From Octopus sinensis (Eukaryota), in assembly GCF_006345805.1 (NCBI RefSeq), contig NC_043005.1, positions 55,552,001 through 55,616,000 of the forward strand: a stretch of DNA of 64,000 bases, given 5' to 3'. The notes beneath the pieces were generated by a model. It was not told where the DNA came from, searched no databases, and was given only the letters and a program-made list of their open reading frames with translations. Shown piece after piece: positions 1-12,489 of the stretch. Both the position numbers and the translations under genes were made by a program. Every line of letters starts with the position of its first letter. Within the stretch, counting starts at the first letter, position 1.

Positions 1-1
1 C

Positions 2-33
<32 letters not shown>

Positions 34-34
34 C

Positions 35-270
35 ATCATCATGATCATCGTTTAACATCTATCTTCAATACTGGCATGCGTTGGACGGTTCCACAAGAGC
101 TGGCCAGGCCGAAGCCTGCACCAGAATTCTGTGACTTTTGGCAGGATTTTTACAGCTGGATGCCCTTTCAAGCACCAACCACTCAGCAAAGTAGACTTAA
201 TGTTTTGTTACATGGCACATGCACAGGTGAGATGAGTAGTGCTTTTTTATGTGGCACAAGCACAAGCGAG
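35..270 (-). mobile_element. 3' UTR fragment of RTE-type LINE with (GAT)n tail
   Basis: Reverse complement has AAAGGGCATCCAGCTGTA...GTCCAACGCATGCCAG...GTTAAACGATGATCATGATGATG, the same 3' end that follows RTE coding sequence at 1215-1435. Confidence 0.7.
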
Positions 271-529
271 GTCAGACACACAAACACACATCTAAAACTT
301 GGAGTCTTATTATAGCAACCGAATAACTGTCACATATTATATTACAAATATATATATATATATATATATGTGGTCAAATCATATAATCAAGCATCAAAAA
401 TAGCAATATCAAAGCAACAAGATGATGTGTACATAGGATGCATTAGTTTGACACTCAGTAAAGGGAGAGAGCTTTTGGTGTTCAAGCATAGCTATTCATC
501 AGAAAAGAAAATAGAAGAGTCCAGAGGAG

Positions 530-1434
530 GAAAAGGTGCAGGTACAATAAGCACTAAAAATGTGCAGACAATAGACTCCCTCAAATGTTTCGCTGGTAGT
601 GGTGGTGATGGTGGTGGTGGGGGTCATTAAAAGTAGTAGATAGCTTCTGTTACCTCGGAGACCAAGTTAGCAGTGGAGGAGGAAGTTATGAAAGTGTAGT
701 TGCTAGAATAAGAGCGAGCTGGGCAAAGTTTACAGGCCTATGATTTTTGGTAACTAAGAGTAGATAGTATGTGCCTGTGTATAGACATGCAGTGAAACAT
801 GGGCTTTAACTACAGAGGACTTGTGAAGGTTTGAAAAAATTGAAGCTAGCATGCTCCACTGGATGAGTAATGTCAGTGTGCATGCACAACAGAGTGTAAA
901 TGATTTTAGAGGAAAACTGGGTAAAAGAGGCATCAGATGTTGTGTGTAATAGAGAAGATTGTGCTGGTTTTGTCATAAGATGAGGACAGCTGCATAAAGA
1001 AGTGCCAAGCTCTGTGTAGGTTACTTGTGGAAGGAGTAGACCCAAGAAGACATGGAATGAAGTAGTGAGAAAGGATCTTCGAACTCTGGGCCTCACAAAG
1101 GAAATGACAAGGGACCAAGTGATGTGGCAATTTGCTGTACCTGATAAGACACATCAAGCAAAGTAAAACCACTGTCTTCCACACATACAAGATTGTCCTT
1201 TCAGGTGCTGCTGCCACTTAAAAAGCACCCATGCTGGTGGCACGTAAAGATCATCCAGCACACTATGTTTAGTGGTTGTCAATAAGATGAGTATCCAGCT
1301 GTAGAAATCATGCCACAACAGACAACTGGAGTTTGGACAGCCCCCTGCTAGCCAGCTCCATGTCAAACCATCCAACCCATGCCAGCATGGAAAACAGATA
1401 TTAAACAACAATGAGGATGATGATGATGATGATG

Positions 1435-1435
<1 letters not shown>
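530..1435 (+). mobile_element. Decayed 5'-truncated RTE-clade LINE (RT C-terminus, 3' UTR, GAT tail)
   Basis: Translates with frameshifts/stops to VVDSFCYLGDQVSSGGGSYESVVARIRASWAKF, SETWALTTEDL, EASMLHWMSNVS, GRSRPKKTWNEVVRKDLRTLGL; ends in (GAT)n. Confidence 0.9.
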
Positions 1436-1507
<72 letters not shown>

Positions 1508-1647
1508 AGTAAGGGCAAAAGAAAAAATTTCTAATGCCAAAATATGCCGAAAATAGACACAACGTCAATAACCATGTAATTTATCACTACAAGCATGCAA
1601 CTCGAAGAAGGCTGACAGAAATTTCTAAAATATCCCGTTATTACCAT

Positions 1648-1699
1648 ATCAGACCCGATTTCAGAGTTAGTTCATAAGAACCTTCCCTTCATCAGTGAT
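1648..1699 (-). ncRNA. Type I minimal hammerhead ribozyme motif (Penelope pLTR-like)
   Basis: Minus strand ATCA-CTGATGA-AGGG AA GGTTC TTAT GAACT AA CTCT-GAAA-TCGG-GTC-TGAT: intact core, stem I ATCA/TGAT, long stem II, GUC triplet, vestigial stem III. Confidence 0.75.
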
Positions 1700-1992
1700 G
1701 ATTTCATGAAAATCATCACTGATATAAAAAATATTTATATACCAAACTTTGCATATAAATACTTAGAAAAAAATACACATCAAACTGGAATTTCTCTATT
1801 ATATGTGAATACTGAAAAGTATATATAAAGCTGCTATTTCTATAATATACATAGAGAAATATATGTAACAAGCTTTTATTTTGACAACATACATATTTAT
1901 GGCTGCAAAATAAACTTCTTAACACATCAGCCACACTGTATCAACCTACACATATATATGTATATATATATATATGCATGTATTTATGTATG

Positions 1993-2033
<41 letters not shown>

Positions 2034-2036
<3 letters not shown>

Positions 2037-2376
2037 ATTTTTATAATTATGAGTATAATTATAATTAGGGTTCAGCAAAAATTGCTTCACCACAAACCGA
2101 AATAAAGAAATAGCAGTTAAAACTAACTATTTCTCTACCATAAGAAAATCTCCCAGAAAATGTTGTCTGGGAGATTTTCTTATGGTAGAGAAATAGCTAG
2201 TTTTAACTGTTATTTCTAAATTTTGGTATGTAGCGAAGCAAATTTTTGCTGAACTCTAATTATAATTATACTCATAATTATAAAAATTCTTGTTTAAGTT
2301 TACCGATAATGATTCTTTTAACAAACCTAACTACTTGGTAAAATTATTAATTATTAATTGATTAATTAATTTTACC
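2034..2376. repeat. Foldback element: ~125-bp inverted arms plus a second small palindrome, between TA-rich tracts
   Basis: 2034-2156 is the reverse complement of ~2166-2290 with about ten differences; 2337-2376 GGTAAAATTA...TAATTTTACC hairpin. Confidence 0.9.
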
Positions 2377-2407
2377 CTTTATTATTATTGATATATATTT
2401 ATATATA

Positions 2408-2692
2408 CAGGCTGCAGTGAATAAATTTGTCGTCGAAATCACACAAATATGAAAATAACACTGGCATCTCATTTTAACAGATATATTTACCAAAATTACT
2501 AAAGAGTAAATTTATTCAATAAAATCGCCATTGGCTTCAACCACAGCATCCAGACAACTTTGGAATTTTCTGTAACTCTTCTGGATGGTCTCCTTGTTTA
2601 AGTTGGTGAATGCTGCCATAATCCTTGCCTTTCGTTCATCTTTGGTGTTACAAGGAGTTTTGTTGGTCTCTCACTCAACTGCACCCCACACA
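2408..2692 (-). mobile_element. Tc1/mariner-superfamily transposase C-terminal fragment and terminus
   Basis: Minus 2691-2512 reads VWGAVE*ETNKTPCNTKDERKARIMAAFTNLNKETIQKSYRKFQSCLDAVVEANGDFIE*; terminus TA|CAGGCTG at 2406-2414. Confidence 0.85.
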
Positions 2693-3174
2693 AGGACGGA
2701 AAAAAAAAAACAGAGAAATGTTACACAAATATAAATGCAATTAACAGGACATAACAACAGGTGTGTTTCGACAAAGGACGAATTAAATTAAGCTGGCATG
2801 TGTGGAAGTAAAGTCTTGCAGCAGGGACATAAGATTCAACAAGCACAGGAAGGAATATAGATGTTGCACAGATGGTAGTCGAACCAAGAAAGAAAGGTCA
2901 AGCCTGGCCGAACACCAGTCACGTGAGGAGAGAAGAGAGACAGGTAGAGGCAGAGGGATAGAAGAATTAAGGAGGAGCGAGAAAAAATGAAAGAGACACA
3001 GTGAAGTGAAAGAGGAGGGAAAGCGAACATGAAGAGAAGGCCAGGAAATGTGAGAGAGGGGGAACGAAAGAACGAAGAGTGGAATGAATGAAGTGTGAAA
3101 GGGCTGATAGAAAGAAGGAAAGAATAGAAAGAATAATAGAGTCATACAAAATTTAGATATAAAACAGAATGTTT

Positions 3175-3450
3175 GTCGGTCTGTCTTTTTATCTGTCTAT
3201 CTCTCTGCCTGTCTGTCAGTATGTGTGCATCATTAAAACTTGAGAACTACCAAACCGATTTCATTGAAATTTTGCACATGCCTTACTTAGGGTCCATGTC
3301 AGTATCATGAGGCCCCAAAAATTTTCAACTTCTTGCTTAATGCGAGCCTGGAGCAATCTCTTATCTTTTACACAATTTCAGTCTTACATGTCAAAAGCGA
3401 AACAATAACATCTCTATTGTAATGTGAGATAGTACATTAAAGGTAGAACT
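3175..3450 (+). mobile_element. Probable non-autonomous Helitron/Helentron-like fragment
   Basis: (CTGT)n followed by AACTTGAGAACTACCAAACCGATTTCATTGAAATTTTGCAC, a motif typical of such elements. Confidence 0.45.
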
Positions 3451-4559
3451 ATTATCTCACATATATACATGCATACACACACACACACACATATATTATG
3501 TATCTATGTGTGTGTGTATATATATATATCTATCCATATATATATGTGTGTATATACATCTGCACAAATATATGTATGTATATATATATATGTCTTCGAT
3601 AGGAGAGTCCATCATCCTGAAAATTCATGCTCATCTTTGAAATCAAATGAAGTATGCAATTAGCATATTAGGACAATTGTCATGAAAGAGTTAAGGCGTG
3701 GTAAAGACAAAACTGACAAGATAACCACTAAAAGTCATCACTTACATATTTCTTCCTTGATATATATTATTTTTATATATGTCGCTCAAAACTTATTAAG
3801 AAAATGAGAATAAAAAATGCAAAACAAATTAGATATTTTCTAGACATATATTTCTGCAGGCTGAACTATCTGCTGCTTTCTATAGCATTTTTCAAATGTG
3901 TATAGATATATATATAACAAATGACATTTATTAGCACTAAACTGATAGGAAGGGACTGATTTTGTCTCTCCTTGGAAATTTAATGCTTTCTCATTAGACA
4001 TCTAATAATTTATTTTAATCTGCGAAAGAATTGTCAACAAATTCTGCAGAAATCTTTCTCTCTCTCTACATATACAAGTAAGCGGAACATGTAGAAATGG
4101 ATTCCTGCCTGAAATGTCAGACCAGAAATCTACTTCAGTTGCAGATTGTGTCTGCAATTTAATTTTCTCTGTTCCACTTCTTTTCTCTTTCTTTCTTTCT
4201 CTTTTCTTTCTTTCTCTCTTTTTTCTTTTTTTCTTCTTTTCTTTTCATTGATCTGTCTGTGAGGAAGACAGTCAAATGATGAACGGTTGTTATATTCTAA
4301 ATATATAATGCTTCCATGTTATATGGCTTGTATAATGCAAGTAATTGGCGGCGCTATTCTACCATTATAAATTAATGGTCAGTTAGTAGAAACTAGAATT
4401 TATACTTTATCTTTAGTATTCTAACATTAATTGATATGAGTTGTATTATTTCTTTACTATTTTGTTGTTTTTTTTTATATTTATTATCATCATTGGTGGG
4501 GTATCAAATGATTTCTCTTGTTTTTGCAGCATGTAATTCTTGTCTTGATGATGATGATA

Positions 4560-5170
4560 ATGGTGGCAGCAGTGGTGGCAACAGAAGTGGCAGTGGCAGC
4601 AGCAGCAGCGGCAGCGGCAGCAGCGGTAGCAGCGGCAGCAGCGGCAGCAGCGGCAGCAGCGGCAGCACCGGCAGCAGCGGCAGCAGCACCGGCAGCAGCA
4701 GCAGCAGCGGCAGCAGCGGCAGCAGCGGCAGCAGCGGCAGCAGCGGCAGCAGCGGCAGCAGCGGCAGCAGCGGCAGCAGCGGCAGCAGCGGCAGCAGCGG
4801 CAGCAGCAGCAGCAGCAGAAGCAGCAGCAGTAGCAGCGGCAGCAGCAGCAGCACCGGGAGCAACAGCAGCGGGAGCAACAGCAGCAGCAGCGGCAGCAGC
4901 AGTGGCAGCGGCAGTGGTGGCAGTGGCAGTGGCAGTGTCAGCAGCAGTAGTGGCAGCGGCAGTGGTGGTGGTGATGGTGGTGGTGGTGGTTGGTTATGGT
5001 GGCGGTCATGGCAGAGGTTGTGGTGGTGCTGGTGCTGGTACTGGTGGTACTGGTGGTGATGGTGGTGATGGTAATGATGGTGTTGATGATAATAATGATG
5101 GTGGGTTGTGGTACTAGTGCTGCAACTTACTACTGCTACTACTACTGCTGCGACCACTGGGGATGGTGGT
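4560..5170. repeat. Compound (GCA/GCG)n, (GGCAGCAGC)n and (GGT)n microsatellite
   Basis: Direct inspection; poly-S/G, poly-A and poly-L ORFs in several frames. Confidence 0.95.
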
Positions 5171-5457
5171 GATCTTCATGGTGGTGACAAACCACTGCAT
5201 TTGCCAAATCTAAGACTAGTGCAAGAATCCTGACCAATTGCATAAAGTGTTGGAAATGTGTCAGAAACTTAATACTCTAATCCAAAGGAAAGATTACGGA
5301 CAGAGCTTAGAGGACAACCAGGAAACCTTAATACATTCTGTTGCTTGGTATCATTTGCACCTAAGTCAAACAGTTCTGGTAAATATCCTCTGTAATATTC
5401 TTTAGTCAAAATATCTAAAGATGTTTTCATTACTTATGATATTTAGACAGAACCTCA

Positions 5458-5479
5458 CGTCATCACCATCATCACCATC

Positions 5480-5521
<42 letters not shown>

Positions 5522-5551
5522 TACCATCAATCATCATCATCATCATCAATC

Positions 5552-5610
<59 letters not shown>

Positions 5611-5613
5611 TAC

Positions 5614-5660
<47 letters not shown>

Positions 5661-5797
5661 CCATCAATCATCATCATCTCATCATCATCATCATCATCAT
5701 CAATCATCATCATCATTATCATCATCATCATCATCATCATCATTACCATCAATCATCATCGTGATCATCATCATCATCATCATCATCACCATCAATC

Positions 5798-5846
<49 letters not shown>
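5458..5846. repeat. (CAT)n microsatellite, contiguous with a minus-strand RTE 3' end (5846-5950)
   Basis: About 390 bp of CAT repeat followed by TTTAATGCCCACTTTCCATGCTGG. Confidence 0.9.
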
Positions 5847-5847
<1 letters not shown>

Positions 5848-5959
5848 TTAATGCCCACTTTCCATGCTGGTATGGGTTGGACACTTTGATAGGAGCTGGC
5901 TAGGCAGAAAACTGCACCAGGCTTCAGTGTCTGTTTTGGCATGGTTTTTTGGCATGGAA

Positions 5960-6482
5960 TCGAAATCAAATCAAATTCGTAAATTCAATGACTGGCATCC
6001 ATGCCAGTGAAGTGCTAAGAGCACAATCTGAGCGTGATTGCTGCCAGAGGAGCTGACTGGCTTCTGTGCCGGTGGCACATAAAAAGTACCATTCAAATGT
6101 GATCATTACCAGCATCACCTTGCTGGCACTTGTGCCAGTGGTACGTGAAAAACATTCGAGTGAGGTCGTTGCCAGTACCACTGGACTGGCTCCTGTGCAG
6201 GTGGCATGTAAAAAACACCACTTGAGCATGGCTGCTGCCAGTACCGCCTGGCTGGACCTTGTGCCAGTGGCACGTAAAAGTATCCACTACACTCTCAGAG
6301 TGGTTGGCATTAGAAAGGGCATCCAGCTGTAGAAACTCTGCCAGATCAGATTGGATCCTGATGCGGCCATCTGGTTTGCCAGTCCTCAGTCAAATCGTCC
6401 AACCCATGCTAGCATGGAAAGCGGACATTAAACTATGATGATGATGATGATGAAGATGATGATGATGATGAAGATGATGATG
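5960..6482 (+). mobile_element. RTE-type 3' UTR with five ~65-nt internal repeats and (GAT)n tail
   Basis: Units start at 6001, 6066, 6132, 6195, 6261; then AGGGCATCCAGCTGTAGAAAC...CCAACCCATGCTAGCATGGAAA...(GAT)n. Confidence 0.85.
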
Positions 6483-6879
6483 CATTTTCCAACACCAACC
6501 ACCCCACAGAATGGACTGAGTGTTTTTTCAAGTGGCACCAGCATGGTTTTTACAGCTGGATGCCATTCCAAATACCAACCTCTTTACAGTGCAGACTGGA
6601 TGCTTTTTGTGTGGTACCAGCATTGGTGGGGTCACCAAATAACATGCAAGACAAAGAACCTTTGAGAGGGGGTGGGGGCATTGGAGGATAGTTAAAAAGG
6701 ATACTTGGTCATTGATGAAATCCCAGCTCAGGAGTGAAACTAGTCTGACAAATTATTCCTCATTTGGCGTTTATAAAGACAAGGTGTTTATATCTGTTTA
6801 CATCTATGACATATAAAGTTGCCTATAGTCTCCTTAGATATGATAGATACGTTCTGTAGTACAGTGTAGCAATAATTTA

Positions 6880-7015
6880 CTATCAAAGTTTCACTCTAGA
6901 CATTATCAACAATAATGCCACTCAAGATATTATCAAACCAGTTCTGCTAGACATTATCAAAGTTGCATCTCTAGACAATATAAAAATTATCGCACCAAAC
7001 ATTATCAAGGTTAAA
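6880..7015 (+). repeat. Degenerate ~24-bp minisatellite (CTAGACATTATCAA core)
   Basis: About five recurrences of AGACATTATCAA-like motif. Confidence 0.6.
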
Positions 7016-7096
7016 TTATGACTCTGTTCACAAGCAAATGTTTAATAAACATAACTACAGCCTGACTGTGTAAATAAAAGTTGTGGTTAAGCCACT

Positions 7097-7145
<49 letters not shown>

Positions 7146-8160
7146 CTCCCTCTCTCCTCAGGACAAACCTGAGAACAGCTAACTAAATTCTGACTGGGTA
7201 TTTCCATATTATCAGAAGTGTTTACTCTTCTTCGGCCTACAGAAGGAGCAGCCAGCTCTGTTACTAGTTGTATTTTTCATAAGCTGTAAGCTACTTGCTC
7301 TCTTTGCAGGATGGATATAAGTAGATATTCTTAATCATACAATGGTAACCAGTTGAAGCTAGTTAAACTATTTTGGGGTTCATCCTGTAGAAAAGCTCTT
7401 TGGTTTGACCACAGAATCTATTTACATACTTTTAAAAAAAACATACAAATTTCTTACACACACACACACACACATTATTTATCCATATACCACAGTCCTG
7501 GGAATTTAACTTGTAAATTTCTGCAGTGCTTTCTCTCTACAAATCTCCTGTTAGAAACTAGAGATTTTGATGAAATGTTGTTAGTCAAGAATAAAAATCA
7601 TAAAAATATAACTTTCGCATATAAATTTAGAAGAAACTTTGCTGATAAAGATCATTGCTGTACATTGTGAATGAAGTTTTTAATTGTTATGTACTTCTAC
7701 GTGTTGTCATGTCATTTTTTAGTTGCCCAAATAGATTGAATAGAGGTAAGTTGATTAGAAATACTTACAAAATATGAGCTCCAAGATATTGATTTCTTCT
7801 CTCAGAGCTGAATTTGCATCCCAGTTGTCTCTAAACTGGAAGTTGCACAAGTAGCACCAGAAAAGCATTCTGAAATAATACATTGACCCCTGCCATTGAT
7901 GTAATGAAGATGATCGTACCTTGCTGAGATGAATACCTTGTGATCTCATTGCTGGTCTTGAGATAATTTTCTCAGGGAGAAGTTGAAGAAAATATTTTAT
8001 GGACTTTTATCCTAAGTTCAAAGATTTTTCAGACCCTCTTTACTAATGAAAGCATTGATGCAATAACTAGTTTCAGGACCACTTCCTTCCTGCTCAGAAT
8101 CAATAAAATCCCTACATTAATTCCATCTTGGTGTGCAGAAATAATGTTGAAATATCACTT

Positions 8161-8385
8161 TTTACTATTTTACTCTTTGACTTCTTGTAGTCATTTGACT
8201 GTGGCCATGCTGGAGCACCACCTTTATTCAAGCAAATCGTCCCCAGGACTTATTCTTTGTAAGCCTAGTACTTATTCTATTGGTCTATTTTGTCGAACCG
8301 CTAAGTTACGGGGACATAAACACACCAGCATCGGTTGTCAAGCGATGTTGGTGGGGGGACAAACACAGACACACAAACACACACA

Positions 8386-8423
<38 letters not shown>

Positions 8424-8598
8424 TATATATATAGATATACACATATACGATGGCTTCTTTCAGTTTCCGTCTACCAAATCCACTCACAAGGCTTTAGTCA
8501 GCTCGAGGCTATAGTAGAAGACACTTGCCCAAGGTGCCATGCAGTGGGACTGTGTAGTTTGTAAGCAAGCTACTTACCACACAGCCGCTCTTACGTCT
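8161..8598 (-). mobile_element. tRNA-derived SINE family A (full length)
   Basis: Head GGCTGTGTGGTAAGTAGCTTGC..CAGTCCCACTGCATGGCACCTTGGGCAAG, internal CA/TA tract, tail CAGCATGGCCACAGTCAAATGACT; many copies in window. Confidence 0.85.
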
Positions 8599-8664
8599 AC
8601 ACTGATTATTTTCTCCAAATCCAAGGTATCTTTCTCTAATTAAATCATTGATAAATAATGGGTT

Positions 8665-8830
8665 TCAAATTTTGGCACAAGGCCCACATTTTGGGGGAAA
8701 TGGGTAAGTCAATTCGATTGACTCCACTGATCAACTGATACCTATTTTAGCAACACTGGAAAGATGGAAGGCAAAGTCAACATTGGCAGAATTTGAGCTC
8801 AGAACTTAAGGACAGATGAAATGCAGGTGA
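8665..8830 (-). mobile_element. SINE family B, diverged
   Basis: Similar to 11523-11743 (GGCAAAGTCAAC..GAATTTGAGCTCAGAAC). Confidence 0.7.
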
Positions 8831-9433
8831 ACTTTTAGCCCAGAGTTGCAGCCTTAAATAACATCACTGAATTCTAGCTTACCTCTTGCAGCTTTTATTA
8901 TCAGCCAATAATGCTTGAAAATCAAAGGAGAAAAATACCTGAGATCCAAGAAAATTCACTCAATAGATTGCAAGAAAATGAATCCACATGGTGTTTTTAA
9001 CAAGAACTTCCTGTATTTTTTTGACAATAAGTTATTTCTACAATTAGACTTTGTTTTGTGTACAGAAGAGTGCTTAGTTTCTGATTTTCAGCCCACAACT
9101 CTCACACAAAAGACAACAATGCTGTAATACACTTGAAGTGCTAGATGTGTTAAAAGTCACAGAAACAGAATTGTCTTTTTTTTTTACTCTATTTGCTATT
9201 TCAGAAATTTATCAGAATCAGAAATGACATCTTCAATGACAAGGAATGGTTGGTTTATCCATGTAGCATTCCTTCAGAAATGTTATGTTATTCTTGAAAT
9301 TAAATGGTTTTATGATGCCAATTAGATCTACTTATTTAAAAAATAAACATGTAAGCAAAAATTATCTGCATGTCTGCTGAAAAATAAACAATACTTATTT
9401 AAGTTTAAATCAGTCTGTAACTCATGGTTTCAA

Positions 9434-9793
9434 CAGGTGCAAGTATGGCTGTGTGGTAAGAAGCTTGCTTGCCAACCAATTGGTTCTTGGTTCAGTCACA
9501 CTGCAGGGCACCTTCAGCAAGTGTCTTCTATTTCAGCCAACCAAAGCCTTGTGAGTGGATTTCATAGGTGGAAACTGGAAGAAGCCAGTCATATATACGT
9601 GTGTGTTTGTGTGTGTCTGTGTGTGCGTGTGTGTTTGCATCTGTGTTTGTTACCTCCACCCACAACTTGACAACTGGTGTTAGTGAGTTTACATCTTCAT
9701 AACTTAGCAGTACAGCAAAAGAGACCAAGCTTAAAAAAAGAGAAAAATAAGTAATGGTGTTGATTCATTCGACTGACTGAAACAAGCAAAAGA
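9434..9793 (+). mobile_element. SINE family A
   Basis: Similarity to the other family A copies. Confidence 0.85.
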
Positions 9794-11522
9794 TGCTGTC
9801 AGGTATTATGAAAATTACAATGTGAACATGCTTTCATCACCTCCAATCAGATATTCAATGCAGCCTCTGGAGAGATACCAATAGTAAACTGATGTAATTT
9901 GAATAAATCTGTCATTAGTGGAAATTTGATATGGCTGCCAAGCTTACCAAATTTACCTAAATCATATATGGTGAATCTTTTATACACACCACACCACGCT
10001 CTGTCATGTGCAAAAGCCACTGACAAGACATAATGACTATCATAACAGACTGGTTACTAAGCATGAAAAATCTAAGGTCAATGTGTCAATTTTAACATGC
10101 AGGAATTAATGTGGATATAGAGATAGAGATGTACACTCACTTGCAATACATAGCTGTAGGCAAATGTGTGTATGTGTGTGGTGGGGGTGTAAATGGCTAA
10201 GCCAGGTCTGTAAAGAATATAGTATTTCTAAATATTAGTTATTGAAAATTTATAAATCAGTACATTTGAAAATTTTTAATTTATAAATTATTCAGCAATG
10301 GGTCCAAATTTATGGGATATTGTGAAATTGTGAATGATCTCCTGCATCCGGAAAATTTTAGACATAACAAGGCTGAATTTATTTTTCATTGAGTTAAATG
10401 CAAATTATGTTAATGGGTCATAAACGGCATCATGTCTGTAGGAAATAGGTAATGAACACTAACCTGTTCAAGGTATGCTGTGATAATGAAGAATAATTTC
10501 TTACTTTCAAATTGTAATGTACTACATGATGTATACATTCTTCTTTTAACATTAAAATTAATTAAGATAGATGCACCTACCTATTTTTAAGACAGCTCCA
10601 AAATGTGATGAACACTTTAGTTTTTGAAGCAAAAGAAACAAGTAAACTACAATTTTTGTCAGACTATTTTTTTAATATGTTTTATGAGAATAAAAATGAG
10701 AACATCTCTACAGATGCACACACTTGTTATAATTATTAATTTTGTTTGCTTTGTTTCTTTGATCAGATATTTAATTAATAATTTAAACTTGATAAACAAA
10801 AATTATTTCAATTTATCAAGATATTTTTATACAAATTTAATTACTTATTTATAAAACCCTATGGCAAACCACAGTGCTAATTTATGTTTAAAAAACACAA
10901 ATCTCAGCATTTTCTCCAAATCATTAAAAACAAGAGATCAAAGAATATTTGAATTTTTAAAAAACTTTTAAGACAATGCATTTTTTGAAAAGTATTTTCA
11001 AAACATTCTAATTTTTGTTTAGTTGTTTTCAATTTTATACATAATTTTAATGAATTTATGTCTACAATATACTGTATAGTAAATATGCATATTAAAACAC
11101 TACAATTTTAAAAAATCGACTTCTCTCAAAAATTAACAAAGCCCTATAATCTGGAGTTGCAGTAATATGGAAGAAATACAGACCTGATTCAGCATTGCAA
11201 AGAACACTTCTAATCTGAACTGAATAAACTAAGACAACATAACTTCAGCTGAGCTGATCTCTCACAGTATGCCAAAATACAACACACTTGCTTTTATCAC
11301 AAATTCACTTTTAAAAATGAGTTGGTGTCAGTTACACACCCTACTTATGATTTCACACTTTCCTATTGATTCGTTGCATTTCTGCCGCAGTGTGAAACAA
11401 ACCACGAAATGATGTAGAACTGGTGCGAGGCCTTTCAGAAATGACTTGCTCAATTTTATATATGATGGTTCCTCTCACATCACTGGTGAAAGGATTTGTG
11501 ATTGTTGGCAACCATTTTTTTT

Positions 11523-11743
11523 TTGCCCACAAGGGACTAAACATAGAAGGGACATACAAGGACAGACAAAGGGATTAAGTCGATTACATCGACCCCAGTG
11601 CGTAACTGGTACTTAATTTATCTACCCCGAAAGGATGAAAGGCAAAGTCGACCTCAGCAGAATTTGAACTCAGAAAGTAACAGCAGACGAAATACGGCTA
11701 CGCATTTTGCCTGGCGTGCTAACGTTTCTGCCAGCTTGCCGCC
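11523..11743 (-). mobile_element. SINE family B (tRNA-like head)
   Basis: Minus GGCGGCAAGCTGGCAGAAACGTTAGCACGCC...CTGAGTTCAAATTC (B box)...GTCGACTTTGCCTTTCATCCTTTCGGGG. Confidence 0.85.
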
Positions 11744-12080
11744 TTTGCTGTACCACTGCTATTATCCCAACTAAATGCTGTTTTTACCCCAATCAAGGTA
11801 ATAACTGAGGTTGTAAGCTACTGTCAAAGCTGTTTTTCAAGACTCAATATAATACTGAGTATCAATATGATATAGTTGATATTATCAAAGTTATCTCTTT
11901 AGCCAATATCACTCTAAACTCTACCAAAACTGTGATCCAGAAGCTGGACTATGCCTGGGGTATGTAGTTATTGAACTGCAGCATGCTGGCCTAAAATTTA
12001 GAATGCTAGGCTAAATGAAATATAGTATTTAGTATTATCTCTAAAACATTCACTGAGTTCAAATTTTACTGAAATCAACA

Positions 12081-12460
12081 AGTAGCTTGCTTACCAACCA
12101 CATAGTTTCAGGTTCAGTCACACTGCATGGCACCTTGGGCAAGTGTCTTCTACTATAGCCTCGGGTCAACCAAAGCCCTGTGAGTGGATTTGGTAGATGG
12201 AAACTGAAAGAAGCCCGTCATATATATGTATATGTATATATATGTGTGTGTGTGTTTGTGTGTCTGTGTTTGTCCCCACAACATCGCTTGACAACCAATG
12301 CTGTTGTAGTTATGTCCCCGTAACTTAGCGGTTTGGCAAAAGAGACCGATAGAATAAGCACTAGGCTTACAAAGAATAAGTCCTGGGGTCAATTTGCTCG
12401 ACTAAAGGTGGTGCTGCAGCATAGCCACAGTAAAATGACTGAAACAAGTAAAAGAGTAAA
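12081..12460 (+). mobile_element. SINE family A (5' clipped)
   Basis: Near-identical body to 21527-21972. Confidence 0.85.
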
Positions 12461-12489
12461 AAAGTATTACCTTCCATCATTCCTCAAAA

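Noticed and set aside
4436-5157. 200-aa Gly/Ser, poly-Ala and poly-Leu ORFs (with a TTGCAG acceptor-like site at 4529)
   Set aside because: Open in several frames and on both strands because the trinucleotide repeat lacks stops; no unique domain
6001-6290. CRISPR-like periodicity (repeat plus variable spacer, ~65 nt)
   Set aside because: The 'spacers' are homologous to each other, the context is a eukaryotic LINE UTR and there are no cas genes
7769-7835. Possible minus-strand exon FRDNWDANSALREEINILELIF ending at GTAAG
   Set aside because: Weak acceptor, no recognisable domain, no partner exons
8883-8938. Minus-strand ALLADNKSCK, resembling an EGF-domain end before GTAAG
   Set aside because: No upstream cysteines and atypical splice phase; probably chance
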